This document shows positions 37,706 to 47,222 of a DNA stretch of 64,000 nucleotides, piece after piece. This DNA comes from Vicinamibacteria bacterium (GTDB lineage: Bacteria > Acidobacteriota > Vicinamibacteria > Vicinamibacterales > JAENWD01). The stretch's first letter is position 1, and every line of letters starts with the position of its first letter. Below the pieces are notes generated by a model. The model was not told the origin of the DNA and made no database searches. It worked only from the letters and a program-made list of their open reading frames with translations. Both the position numbers and the translations under genes were made by a program. The stretch lies in assembly GCA_963837165.1 (NCBI GenBank), contig CAWIMD010000002.1, forward strand, positions 184,143 through 248,142. Direction: 5' to 3'.

Positions 37706-40306
37706 TTACGCGGTCGCGGCGACCGCGGCCTTGCGGAACGCGATCGCCTCGCCCTCGGCATCGATGAGGACGCGATCGCCCTCGCGGAAATGGCCCTCGA
37801 GCACCTCGCGGGCCAGCGGGTCGAGCACCAGGCGCTGAATCGTCCGCTTCAGCGGCCGGGCGCCGTACGCCGGATCGTAGCCCTGGCGCACCAGCAGGTC
37901 GCGGGCGGCGTCGCTCAGCTCCACGTGGATCTTCCGATCCTCGAGCCGCTTCAGCAGGTGCGTGGCCTGGATGTCGATGATGTGCGCCATGTCGGCCCGC
38001 GTGAGCGGGTGGAACACGATGATCTCGTCCACCCGGTTCAGGAACTCGGGCCGGAAGTGCGCCCGGACGACCTCTATCACCTGGCGCCGGACGCCGTCGG
38101 TCAGCACGCCAGAGGCGGCCTCCTCGATCAGGTACTGGCTGCCCAGGTTCGACGTCATGATCACGACCGTGTTCCGGAAGTCCACCGTGCGGCCCTTTCC
38201 GTCGGTGAGCCGCCCGTCGTCGAGCAGCTGCAGCATGACGTTGAGGACCTCCGGGTGAGCCTTCTCGACCTCGTCGAACAGCACCACCGCGTATGGACGG
38301 CGCCTGATGGCCTCGGTGAGCTGCCCCGCTTCATCGTAACCCACGTAGCCGGGAGGCGCACCGATGAGGCGGGAGACCGTGTGCTTCTCCTGGTACTCGG
38401 ACATGTCGATGCGCACCAGCGCCTGCTCGTCGTCGAACAGGAACTCGGCGAGCGCGCGGGCCATCTCGGTCTTGCCGACGCCGGTCGGGCCCAGGAAGAG
38501 GAAGCTGCCCAGCGGCCGGTTCGGATCCTGCAGCCCGGCGCGCGCGCGCCGGATCGCGTTCGAGACGGCAATCACGGCCTCGTCCTGACCGACCACGCGG
38601 CCGTGCACGCGATCTTCCATCTTCAGCAGCTTCTGGACCTCGCCTTCCATCAGCTTGCTGACCGGGATGTGCGTCCAGCGGCTGACGACGTCGGCGATGT
38701 CCTCCTCGTCCACGATCTCCTTCAGCAGGGCCGTGCCGGACGCGAGCCGCGTCTCGCCCTCCTTGAGCTCGCGTTCGAGGGCGGGCAGCCGCCCGTACTG
38801 GAGCTCGGAGGCCTTCGTATAGTCGCCCGCCCGCTGCGCCCGCTCGATGTCGAGCCGCAGCGCTTCCAGCTGCTCCTTCTTCTTCTGCGTCTGCTGGATG
38901 GCCTCTTTTTCCTGCGTCCACTGCGTCTTCAGCTGCGTGCGCCGTTCCTGCAGATCGGCGAGCTCGCGTTCGAGCCGCTCGAGCCGCTCCCTGGAGGCGG
39001 CGTCCTTCTCCTTCCGCAGCGCCTCCCGCTCGATCTCCAGCTGCATCACCCGCCGCTCCACCTCGTCGAGCTCCGCCGGCATGGAGTCGATCTCCATGCG
39101 GAGCCGCGAGGCCGCCTCGTCGATGAGATCGATCGCCTTGTCCGGCAGGAAGCGATCCGTGATGTACCGGTGTGACAGCACGGCGGCGGCCACCAGGGCC
39201 GAGTCCTTGATCTTGACGCCGTGGTGGATCTCGTACCGCTCGCGCAGCCCGCGGAGGATGCTGATCGTGTCCTCGACCGTGGGCTCGCCGACCATGATCG
39301 GCTGGAACCGCCGCTCGAGCGCGGCGTCCTTCTCGATGTGCTTCCGGTACTCGTCCAGCGTCGTCGCGCCGATGGTGTGCAGCTCGCCTCGGGCGAGCAT
39401 GGGCTTCAACATGTTGGACGCGTCGAGCGAGCCTTCGGCCGCCCCGGCGCCCACGACGGTGTGCAGCTCGTCGATGAACAGGATCACCTGGCCCTGCGAG
39501 TCCAGGATCTCCTTGAGGACCGCCTTCAGCCGCTCCTCGAACTCACCGCGGTACTTGGCGCCGGCCACGAGCGCGCCCATGTCGAGGCCGATGATCTTCT
39601 TGTCCTTCAGCCCCTCGGGCACGTCGCCCCGGACGATGCGCTGCGCGAGGCCCTCGACGACGGCGGTCTTGCCGACGCCGGGCTCGCCGATGAGGACCGG
39701 GTTGTTCTTGGTCCGGCGGGAGAGCACCTGGATGACCCGCCGGATCTCGTCGTCTCTGCCGATGACGGGATCGAGCTTGCCCTTCTGGGCGAGCGCGGTC
39801 AGGTCGCGGCCGTACCGCTCGAGGGCCTGGTACTTGCCTTCGGGGTTCTGGTCGGTGACCCGCTGGCTGCCGCGCACGGCGGTGAGCGCCTCGAAGAGGC
39901 GGTCGCGGGTCAGGCCCGCCTGCTGCAGGATCCGCGCGGCGGGGGAGCGGCCGGTCTCGCCGGCAATGGCGACGAAGAGGTGCTCGGTGCTGACGTACTC
40001 GTCCTGCAGGCGGCCGGCCTCGGCCTGCGCCATGTCGAGCACGAGCTTCAGCCGCGGGGAGATCGAGGCGCTCGAGCCGCCGTGGACCTGCGACTGCGAG
40101 GCGAGCTGCTGCCGCGCCTCGCGGGCAATCCGTGCCGGGTCGATCTGCAGTTTCGAGAGCAGGGCAGGGACGACGCCGCCCTCCTGCTCCGCAAGCGTGA
40201 CCAGCAGGTGCTCCGGCTCGATCTGCGCATGGTGCTGCGCCTCGGCGAGCTGCTGCGCGCCGATGACCGCTTCCTGCGCCTTCTCGGTGAACTTGTTCAG
40301 ATTCAT
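37706..40306 (-). CDS. clpB: Chaperone disaggregase ClpB
   Basis: 866 aa. Clp_N repeats, [15 protein letters not shown], a long coiled-coil M-domain, [15 protein letters not shown]. The stop lies 12 nt before the ftsH start. Confidence 0.95.
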   Translation of the reverse strand: MNLNKFTEKAQEAVIGAQQLAEAQHHAQIEPEHLLVTLAEQEGGVVPALLSKLQIDPARIAREARQQLASQSQVHGGSSASISPRLKLVLDMAQAEAGRLQDEYVSTEHLFVAIAGETGRSPAARILQQAGLTRDRLFEALTAVRGSQRVTDQNPEGKYQALERYGRDLTALAQKGKLDPVIGRDDEIRRVIQVLSRRTKNNPVLIGEPGVGKTAVVEGLAQRIVRGDVPEGLKDKKIIGLDMGALVAGAKYRGEFEERLKAVLKEILDSQGQVILFIDELHTVVGAGAAEGSLDASNMLKPMLARGELHTIGATTLDEYRKHIEKDAALERRFQPIMVGEPTVEDTISILRGLRERYEIHHGVKIKDSALVAAAVLSHRYITDRFLPDKAIDLIDEAASRLRMEIDSMPAELDEVERRVMQLEIEREALRKEKDAASRERLERLERELADLQERRTQLKTQWTQEKEAIQQTQKKKEQLEALRLDIERAQRAGDYTKASELQYGRLPALERELKEGETRLASGTALLKEIVDEEDIADVVSRWTHIPVSKLMEGEVQKLLKMEDRVHGRVVGQDEAVIAVSNAIRRARAGLQDPNRPLGSFLFLGPTGVGKTEMARALAEFLFDDEQALVRIDMSEYQEKHTVSRLIGAPPGYVGYDEAGQLTEAIRRRPYAVVLFDEVEKAHPEVLNVMLQLLDDGRLTDGKGRTVDFRNTVVIMTSNLGSQYLIEEAASGVLTDGVRRQVIEVVRAHFRPEFLNRVDEIIVFHPLTRADMAHIIDIQATHLLKRLEDRKIHVELSDAARDLLVRQGYDPAYGARPLKRTIQRLVLDPLAREVLEGHFREGDRVLIDAEGEAIAFRKAAVAATA

Positions 40307-40349
40307 GATGACCGCTCGTTTCCCCGCGACGTTCCGTGTTCCCCGCGTC

Positions 40350-40420
40350 GGCAGGCCTGAAAGCCTGCGCTACATGTGAATCGGCGACCATCATCTGTAG
40401 CGCAGGGCTTCAGCCCTGCC
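40350..40420 (-). terminator. Pair of GC-rich stem-loops, also a 25-nt imperfect inverted repeat, between cbpA-like and clpB
   Basis: ggCAGGCctgaaaGCCTGcgctaca ... tgtagcgCAGGGCttcaGCCCTGcc. Begins 4 nt after the cbpA-like stop. No U tract. Confidence 0.35.
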
Positions 40421-40424
40421 CACG

Positions 40425-41417
40425 TCAGGCCGCCGAATGCGCCTTCGACGCCAGCTGCGCCAGCGCCTCGTAGTGCGTCCGTTCCTCCGCCGAGATCTCC
40501 CGGGGGAGCTGCACCTCGAGCGTGGCGTAGAGATCCCCGCGCTGCCCCGATTTCCCTGACAGGGCCAGGCCCTGGCCGCGCAGCCGGAAGACCTGGCTGT
40601 TCTGCGTCGTGGGCGGCACCTTGAGGCGGAGCGTCCGACCGCCGAGCGCCGGCACGCTGACCTCGCCGCCCAGCACCGCGACCGTGAGCGGCACGGTGAC
40701 CTTCGTGTACAGGTCCCGTCCCTTCCGCTCGAAGACCGGGTGGGGCAGCAGGTGCACGCGCAGGTACAGGTCGCCCGAGGTCGCGCCGCTCTCGCCCCGC
40801 TCGCCCTCGCCGCTCACGCGGACGCGGGAGCCGTCCCCGACGCCCGCCGGCACGCGCACGTCCACGGTCCGCGTGTGCCCGCCCTGCTTCATCGAGAGCC
40901 GGCGGGTGACGCCCTGGTCGGCTTCCTCCAGCGTGAGGTCAATCTCGTGTTCGAGGTCGCGGCCCTTGCGCGCGCGTCCCCGGCCGGTCTTCGCGCGGCG
41001 GGATGCGGCCTCGCCGCCCAACCCGCCGAAGAAGGTGTTGAAGAAGTCCGAGAACGGGTTGTCCGTCCCGAAGATCTCCTGCATCTCCTCCTCGGACATG
41101 GTCCGGAAGCCGCCCTGGCCGCCGCCCATGTTCACCGTCCAGGCGCCCTGCTCGAACGGGTTGGGGCCGCCGGTGCGCTGCGCCTGCTCGTAGGCCCGCC
41201 AGTTCGCGCCCAGCTCGTCGTATTTGGGCCGCTTCTCGGGGTCGCCGAGCACCTCGTAGGCCTCGTTGATCTCCTTGAAGCGCGCCTCGGCGGACTTGTC
41301 CCCCGGGTTGACGTCCGGGTGGTGCTTGCGCGCCAGCTTCCGGTACGCCTGCTTGATCTCCTTGTCCGTCGCCGTCTTGGCGACCCCGAGGGTGGCGTAG
41401 TAGTCCTTGAAGTCCAT
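40425..41417 (-). CDS. cbpA: DnaJ-class co-chaperone without a zinc finger (CbpA-like)
   Basis: J domain DYYATLGVAKTATDKEIKQAYRKLARKHHPDVNPGD, a G/F-ish linker and two C-terminal beta domains. No CxxCxGxG repeats. Confidence 0.88.
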   Translation of the reverse strand: MDFKDYYATLGVAKTATDKEIKQAYRKLARKHHPDVNPGDKSAEARFKEINEAYEVLGDPEKRPKYDELGANWRAYEQAQRTGGPNPFEQGAWTVNMGGGQGGFRTMSEEEMQEIFGTDNPFSDFFNTFFGGLGGEAASRRAKTGRGRARKGRDLEHEIDLTLEEADQGVTRRLSMKQGGHTRTVDVRVPAGVGDGSRVRVSGEGERGESGATSGDLYLRVHLLPHPVFERKGRDLYTKVTVPLTVAVLGGEVSVPALGGRTLRLKVPPTTQNSQVFRLRGQGLALSGKSGQRGDLYATLEVQLPREISAEERTHYEALAQLASKAHSAA

Positions 41418-41419
41418 GT

Positions 41420-41764
41420 CTACTGCCCCAGAATCCGGCTGAGCGCGTCCAGCTCGCGGGCGAGTTGCCGGCGCAGCTCTCCGCCGACGCCGGCGTCCTG
41501 GCCGACGAGCGGGCGGAGGCGCTCGACGACTTCGGCGATCGAGAGCAGCCGCTGTACGCCCGCGAGGTTGATGCCCGCTTCATCGACCAGGTGTTTGATC
41601 AGCCGGAGCCGCTCGAGCTCCTCCGCGCTGTACACCCGCATGCTGCCCAGCGTGCGTCCCGGCTGCACCAGGCCGAGCCGCTCGTATTTCCGGAGCGTCT
41701 GCGGGTGCATGCCCAGCAGGCGCGCCGCCACGCTGATCAGATACAAATCCTGAACCGGGGCCAT
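41420..41764 (-). CDS. hspR: MerR-family heat-shock repressor HspR-like
   Basis: Track ORF 41420..41923, start ATG 41764 (MAPVQDLYLISVAARLLGMHPQTLRKYERLGLVQPGRTLGSMRVYSAEELERLRLI). The stop lies 2 nt before the cbpA-like start. Confidence 0.82.
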   Translation of the reverse strand: MAPVQDLYLISVAARLLGMHPQTLRKYERLGLVQPGRTLGSMRVYSAEELERLRLIKHLVDEAGINLAGVQRLLSIAEVVERLRPLVGQDAGVGGELRRQLARELDALSRILGQ

Positions 41765-41785
41765 GGTCAATCTTGCGTCCCCACA

Positions 41786-41814
41786 AGTATAGGCATTGAT
41801 ACGACTCGTGTCAA
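41786..41814 (-). promoter_or_regulatory. hspR promoter TTGACA-17-TATACT overlapped by a 19-nt HAIR-like palindrome TTGACACGAGTCGTATCAA
   Basis: On the minus strand: TTGACA at 41814-41809, a 17-nt spacer, TATACT at 41791-41786. The palindrome at 41796-41814 matches its own reverse complement at 16 of 19 positions. It has the same 6-7-6 geometry as HAIR (CTTGAGT-N7-ACTCAAG). Confidence 0.5.
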
Positions 41815-41849
41815 CATGAGCCAGATCCGATGCGTCATACTCGGAGGAC

Positions 41850-42618
<769 letters not shown>

Positions 42619-42873
42619 TTACACCGCCTCAGGCGCAGCCGTCGCCGACAGCTGGCGGTCCAGCTCCGCCAGCGCCTCCTCGAGCATTCTCCGATGCGCG
42701 GGGCGGGTGGCCACCGCAAGGTCGGCCACTACGCGCGCGCGGGCCAGCAACACGTCGCGCCGGCGCGCCTCGGCTGCCAGGGCCGCGTCCGACAGCCGGC
42801 GCCCGGGATCCCCGGCCGACGCGGCGTCGGCCTGCTGCGACTCGATCGCTTTGCTCTCCCATCCTCGCGCCAT
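42619..42873 (-). CDS. Small conserved-looking hypothetical protein (84 aa, N-terminus MARGWESKAIESQQ)
   Basis: Track ORF. Helical, Arg/Ala-rich. I recall the N-terminal ARGWESK motif from hypothetical proteins, but I cannot name a family. Confidence 0.5.
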   Translation of the reverse strand: MARGWESKAIESQQADAASAGDPGRRLSDAALAAEARRRDVLLARARVVADLAVATRPAHRRMLEEALAELDRQLSATAAPEAV

Positions 42874-42877
42874 CAGT

Positions 42878-44333
<1,456 letters not shown>

Positions 44334-44370
44334 GCAGCGAGTATATCGGCTCGCCGCCGGCGTCAGCCGG

Positions 44371-45102
44371 TCAATCGGGGCTCGCGAGGAAGCGGTAGCC
44401 GACGCTGCGCACGGTGAGCAGATGACGCGGCTTGGAGGGGTCGTCCTCCAGGTATCGCCGCAGCCGCACGATGAAGTTGTCGATGGCCCGCGTGTCGGTG
44501 TCCTCCCGCACGCCCCAGACCTGCTCGAGGATCTGCTTGCGGGACACGACCTGACTCTCGTGCTGGACGAGGAACCGCAGCAGATTGGCTTCCATCAGCG
44601 TCAGCGGCAGCACGCGGTCGCCGCGACGGATCTCGAGGGCCCCGAAGTCGAGGTGTCGCCCGGCGAACGTGAACTCGTCCGGCCCGGCGGGCGGTGGTGC
44701 CGGCTCGGGCGCCCTCGGCGGGCTCGCGCCCCAGGAGTGGCGCCGCAGCAGCGCGCCAACTCGCGCGATGAGCACCGACAGCTCGAACGGTTTCGCCAGG
44801 TAGTCGTCGGCGCCCGCCTCGAATCCCCGCACCACGTCGGCGGCGTGCCCGCGGGCCGTCAGCATGAGGACGGGCAGGTACCGGCCCGTCTGGCGCAGCT
44901 GGCTGACGACGTCGAAGCCGTTGATGCCCGGCAGCATCACGTCGAGCACCACGAGATCCACTGGCTCGCCGTCGCCGAGCAGCCGGTCGAGCGCGGCCTC
45001 GCCGGTGTCGACGACCTCGGCATCGTGGCTCTCGGCCTCGAGGTTGAAGCGCAGGCCGTCCGCCAGGTGCTGTTCGTCTTCGACGACGAGAATGCGGCTC
45101 AT
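44371..45102 (-). CDS. OmpR/PhoB-family response regulator
   Basis: Track ORF 44371..45546, start ATG 45102 (MSRILVVEDEQHLADGL...VVLDVMLPGINGF...). C-terminal winged helix LTVRSVGYRF. Confidence 0.9.
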   Translation of the reverse strand: MSRILVVEDEQHLADGLRFNLEAESHDAEVVDTGEAALDRLLGDGEPVDLVVLDVMLPGINGFDVVSQLRQTGRYLPVLMLTARGHAADVVRGFEAGADDYLAKPFELSVLIARVGALLRRHSWGASPPRAPEPAPPPAGPDEFTFAGRHLDFGALEIRRGDRVLPLTLMEANLLRFLVQHESQVVSRKQILEQVWGVREDTDTRAIDNFIVRLRRYLEDDPSKPRHLLTVRSVGYRFLASPD

Positions 45103-46007
45103 GTCTGCGGCGCGCCCGGCAGCTGCAGCGTGAACGTGCTCCCGTGTCCCGGGCCGGCGCTCTCGGCGAACACGCGGCCGCCGTGCTTGCGCGCCACCGA
45201 CGAGACGATGAACAGGCCGAGGCCCGTGCCCTTGACGCGCATGGCCACGGCCTCCGGGATCCGGTAGAACCGGCGGAAGATCCGCTTGAGCTCGCGCTCC
45301 GAGATGCCGATGCCGCGGTCGCGGACGCGCACCGCCAGCCGGTGGTCGTCGAGGCCGGCCAGCTCCACCTCGACGTGCACCTCGGTGCCCGAGTACTTGA
45401 TGGCGTTGTCGAGCAGGTTCGACACGGCGGCCTTGAGCTCGTCCGGATCGCCGAGCACGGTCGCGTCGATCGGGCTCGGGACGTGATCCACGTACGCCAG
45501 CGACTCGGCGGGAAGGTGGTGCCGGACGCGCGCGACCTCCAGGCACTCTTCGACCAGCGCCCGCAGGTCCACCGGTGCGCGGTGCCGCATCTGCGTGCGC
45601 GCGCTCGTCCGCCCGGCGCGCAGCACCTGTTCGATGAGGTGCAGCAGCCGATCGCTGTCGTCGATCATCACCCGGTAGAACTCGCGGCGCTTCTCCTCGG
45701 GCAGCTCCCGCCGCTCGAGGGTTTCCAGGTACAGGCGGATCGAGGCGACCGGCGTCTTGAGCTCGTGCGTCACGGCGTTGATGAACGCGTCGTGCTGCTC
45801 GCTGCGCCGCACCTCGCGCACCAGGAAGATGGTGTTCAGGACGACGCCGGTGATGATGACCGGGAAGAAGATGATGCCGAGGGCCAGCAGGAGACCCTCG
45901 CGCCAGTTGACGACGATCCAGCTGACGTTGAGAGCCACCGCCAGGGCGACCAGCGCCGCGCCGAGGGTCGCGTAGACCGCCGACTTGCGCTTCGGGCCCG
46001 GAATCAT
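45099..46007 (-). CDS. Sensor histidine kinase with two TM helices and essentially no external loop
   Basis: TM1 AVYATLGAALVALAVALNVSWIV, loop VNWREG, TM2 LLLALGIIFFPVIITGVVLNTIFLV. H-box AVTHELKTPVASI, N/G boxes LLDNAIKYS and GTGLGLFIV. 4-nt overlap with the regulator gene. Confidence 0.9.
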   Translation of the reverse strand: MIPGPKRKSAVYATLGAALVALAVALNVSWIVVNWREGLLLALGIIFFPVIITGVVLNTIFLVREVRRSEQHDAFINAVTHELKTPVASIRLYLETLERRELPEEKRREFYRVMIDDSDRLLHLIEQVLRAGRTSARTQMRHRAPVDLRALVEECLEVARVRHHLPAESLAYVDHVPSPIDATVLGDPDELKAAVSNLLDNAIKYSGTEVHVEVELAGLDDHRLAVRVRDRGIGISERELKRIFRRFYRIPEAVAMRVKGTGLGLFIVSSVARKHGGRVFAESAGPGHGSTFTLQLPGAPQT

Positions 46008-46030
46008 GTGGCTAGGATGCCACAGAGGGT

Positions 46031-46073
46031 GGGTCTATGGGTTGATGGGTTGATGGGTTGACGGGTTCTTGGG
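46031..46073. repeat. Tandem octamer array (GGGTTGAT-like) x5
   Basis: gggtctat gggttgat gggttgat gggttgac gggttctt ggg. Lies between the desaturase stop (46078) and the kinase start (46007). Confidence 0.85.
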
Positions 46074-46077
46074 AGAG

Positions 46078-46950
46078 CTATGCGGCTTCCCGTTCCTGGC
46101 CCGGCCGCCGGCCGTCCACGTCCACCACCCGCACGCGCTCGGCGATGCCGATCCGCTGCAGCAGATTGATCTGGATCCAGGTGAGGTCGAGCTCGTACCA
46201 GGCCAGGCCGTGACGGGCCGACGTGGGGTGGGCGTGGTGGTTGTTGTGCCAGCCCTCGCCGAAGGTCAGGAGGGCGACCCACCAGCTGTTCTTCGAGTCG
46301 TCCTTCGTCTCGAACCGGCGCGAACCCCACATGTGGGTGGCCGAGTTCACGAGCCATGTGGCGTGGAGGCCGACAGTCACGCGGAAGAACACCAGCCACA
46401 AGACCATCGGCCAGCCGCCCAGGGCAAGCACGGCGAAGCCAAAGACCGTCAGGGGCACCCAGTGCCAGGTGTTGAGCCACAGGTAGAACGGGTCCGCGGC
46501 CAGGTCGGGCGCGTAGCGCGACATGAGGGCCGTGTCGTTGTGGTGCCCTTCCCCGAAGAGGATCCAGCCCATGTGCGCCCAGAAGCCGCCGTGATGCGGC
46601 GTGTGGGGATCGGAATCGGTATCTGAGTGCTGGTGGTGGAGGCGATGCGTCGCGACCCAGAAGATGGGACCGCCTTCGAGCGTGAGCGCACCACAGATGG
46701 CGAAGAAGTACTCGAGCAGCTTCGGGACCCGGTACGACCGGTGCGTGTGCAGCCGGTGATAGCCCATCCCGATGCCGAGGCCGATGCACATCCAGTAGAA
46801 GAACGCCGTCAGGGCCACGGCCGGCCAGGAGACGAAGAACAACGCCGCCACGGCTCCCACGTGGAACGCGGACATCGCGACGAAGGTAATCCAGTTGATC
46901 GTGCTGTACCGGTCTCGCCGTGCCGGATACAGGGTCGTGTCAATGCTCAC
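46078..46950 (-). CDS. Acyl-CoA/acyl-lipid delta-9-type fatty acid desaturase
   Basis: Three His boxes: HRLHTHRS, HRLHHQHSD and HNNHHAHP. Four TM helices. Confidence 0.9.
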   Translation of the reverse strand: MSIDTTLYPARRDRYSTINWITFVAMSAFHVGAVAALFFVSWPAVALTAFFYWMCIGLGIGMGYHRLHTHRSYRVPKLLEYFFAICGALTLEGGPIFWVATHRLHHQHSDTDSDPHTPHHGGFWAHMGWILFGEGHHNDTALMSRYAPDLAADPFYLWLNTWHWVPLTVFGFAVLALGGWPMVLWLVFFRVTVGLHATWLVNSATHMWGSRRFETKDDSKNSWWVALLTFGEGWHNNHHAHPTSARHGLAWYELDLTWIQINLLQRIGIAERVRVVDVDGRRPGQEREAA

Positions 46951-47022
46951 TCACGGTCTCCAGTCCCGCCTGTTCATCGGCCCACAGGCATCCCCACAGT
47001 AGCAACCGGGGCCGTCCAGGTG

Positions 47023-47081
47023 TGTAAGAGTTGTGTAACCACTCGATCGGCGGGCCCCTGGGTTTGTAAGACTTTTGTCAC
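47023..47081 (+). promoter_or_regulatory. Two PhoB-box-like sites, each a direct repeat with 11-bp phasing: TGTAAGagttgTGTAAC and TGTAAGactttTGTCAC
   Basis: Box 1 at 47023-47039 and box 2 at 47065-47081, with starts 42 bp apart. They lie 73-131 nt upstream of the desaturase ATG on the opposite strand, and 142-200 nt upstream of the PAS kinase start. Confidence 0.4.
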
Positions 47082-47222
47082 CGCGCTTCGGAGGGGACTC
47101 GCGGGCGGGCATGCAGCCCTCCTGGAGCCGTCGTCAGTTCCTGCTGGACCTGTTGCTGGACGGCGAGGAGGCTCCCGAGTACCTGCCCAAGCTCTTCCTT
47201 TGAGGTCCGTGCCGAATTCCTC

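Noticed and set aside
35810-39175. 1121-aa + strand ORF, the longest in the region
   Set aside because: It is antisense to ftsH and clpB, both of which have unmistakable motifs. Its composition (L/R/A/H/E runs, no motifs) is typical of shadow frames in high-GC DNA.
40307-40349. Direct repeat CGCGGGGAA(n11)CGCGGGGAA just upstream of the clpB ATG as a second HspR site
   Set aside because: It is a direct repeat rather than inverted, and bears no resemblance to the TTGA...TCAA palindrome at hspR. There is insufficient evidence for any function.
41765-41849. Possible yybP-ykoY (Mn) riboswitch ahead of the TerC-family gene
   Set aside because: Only about 85 nt are available, and they are largely occupied by the divergent hspR promoter/operator. 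I could not recognise the conserved four-way-junction sequence.
47111-47203. 30-codon ORF (MQPSWSRRQFLLDLLLDGEEAPEYLPKLFL) between the desaturase and the PAS kinase
   Set aside because: No Shine-Dalgarno sequence and no recognisable family. It is short enough to arise by chance. Kept only as a note because it lies just downstream of the direct-repeat boxes.
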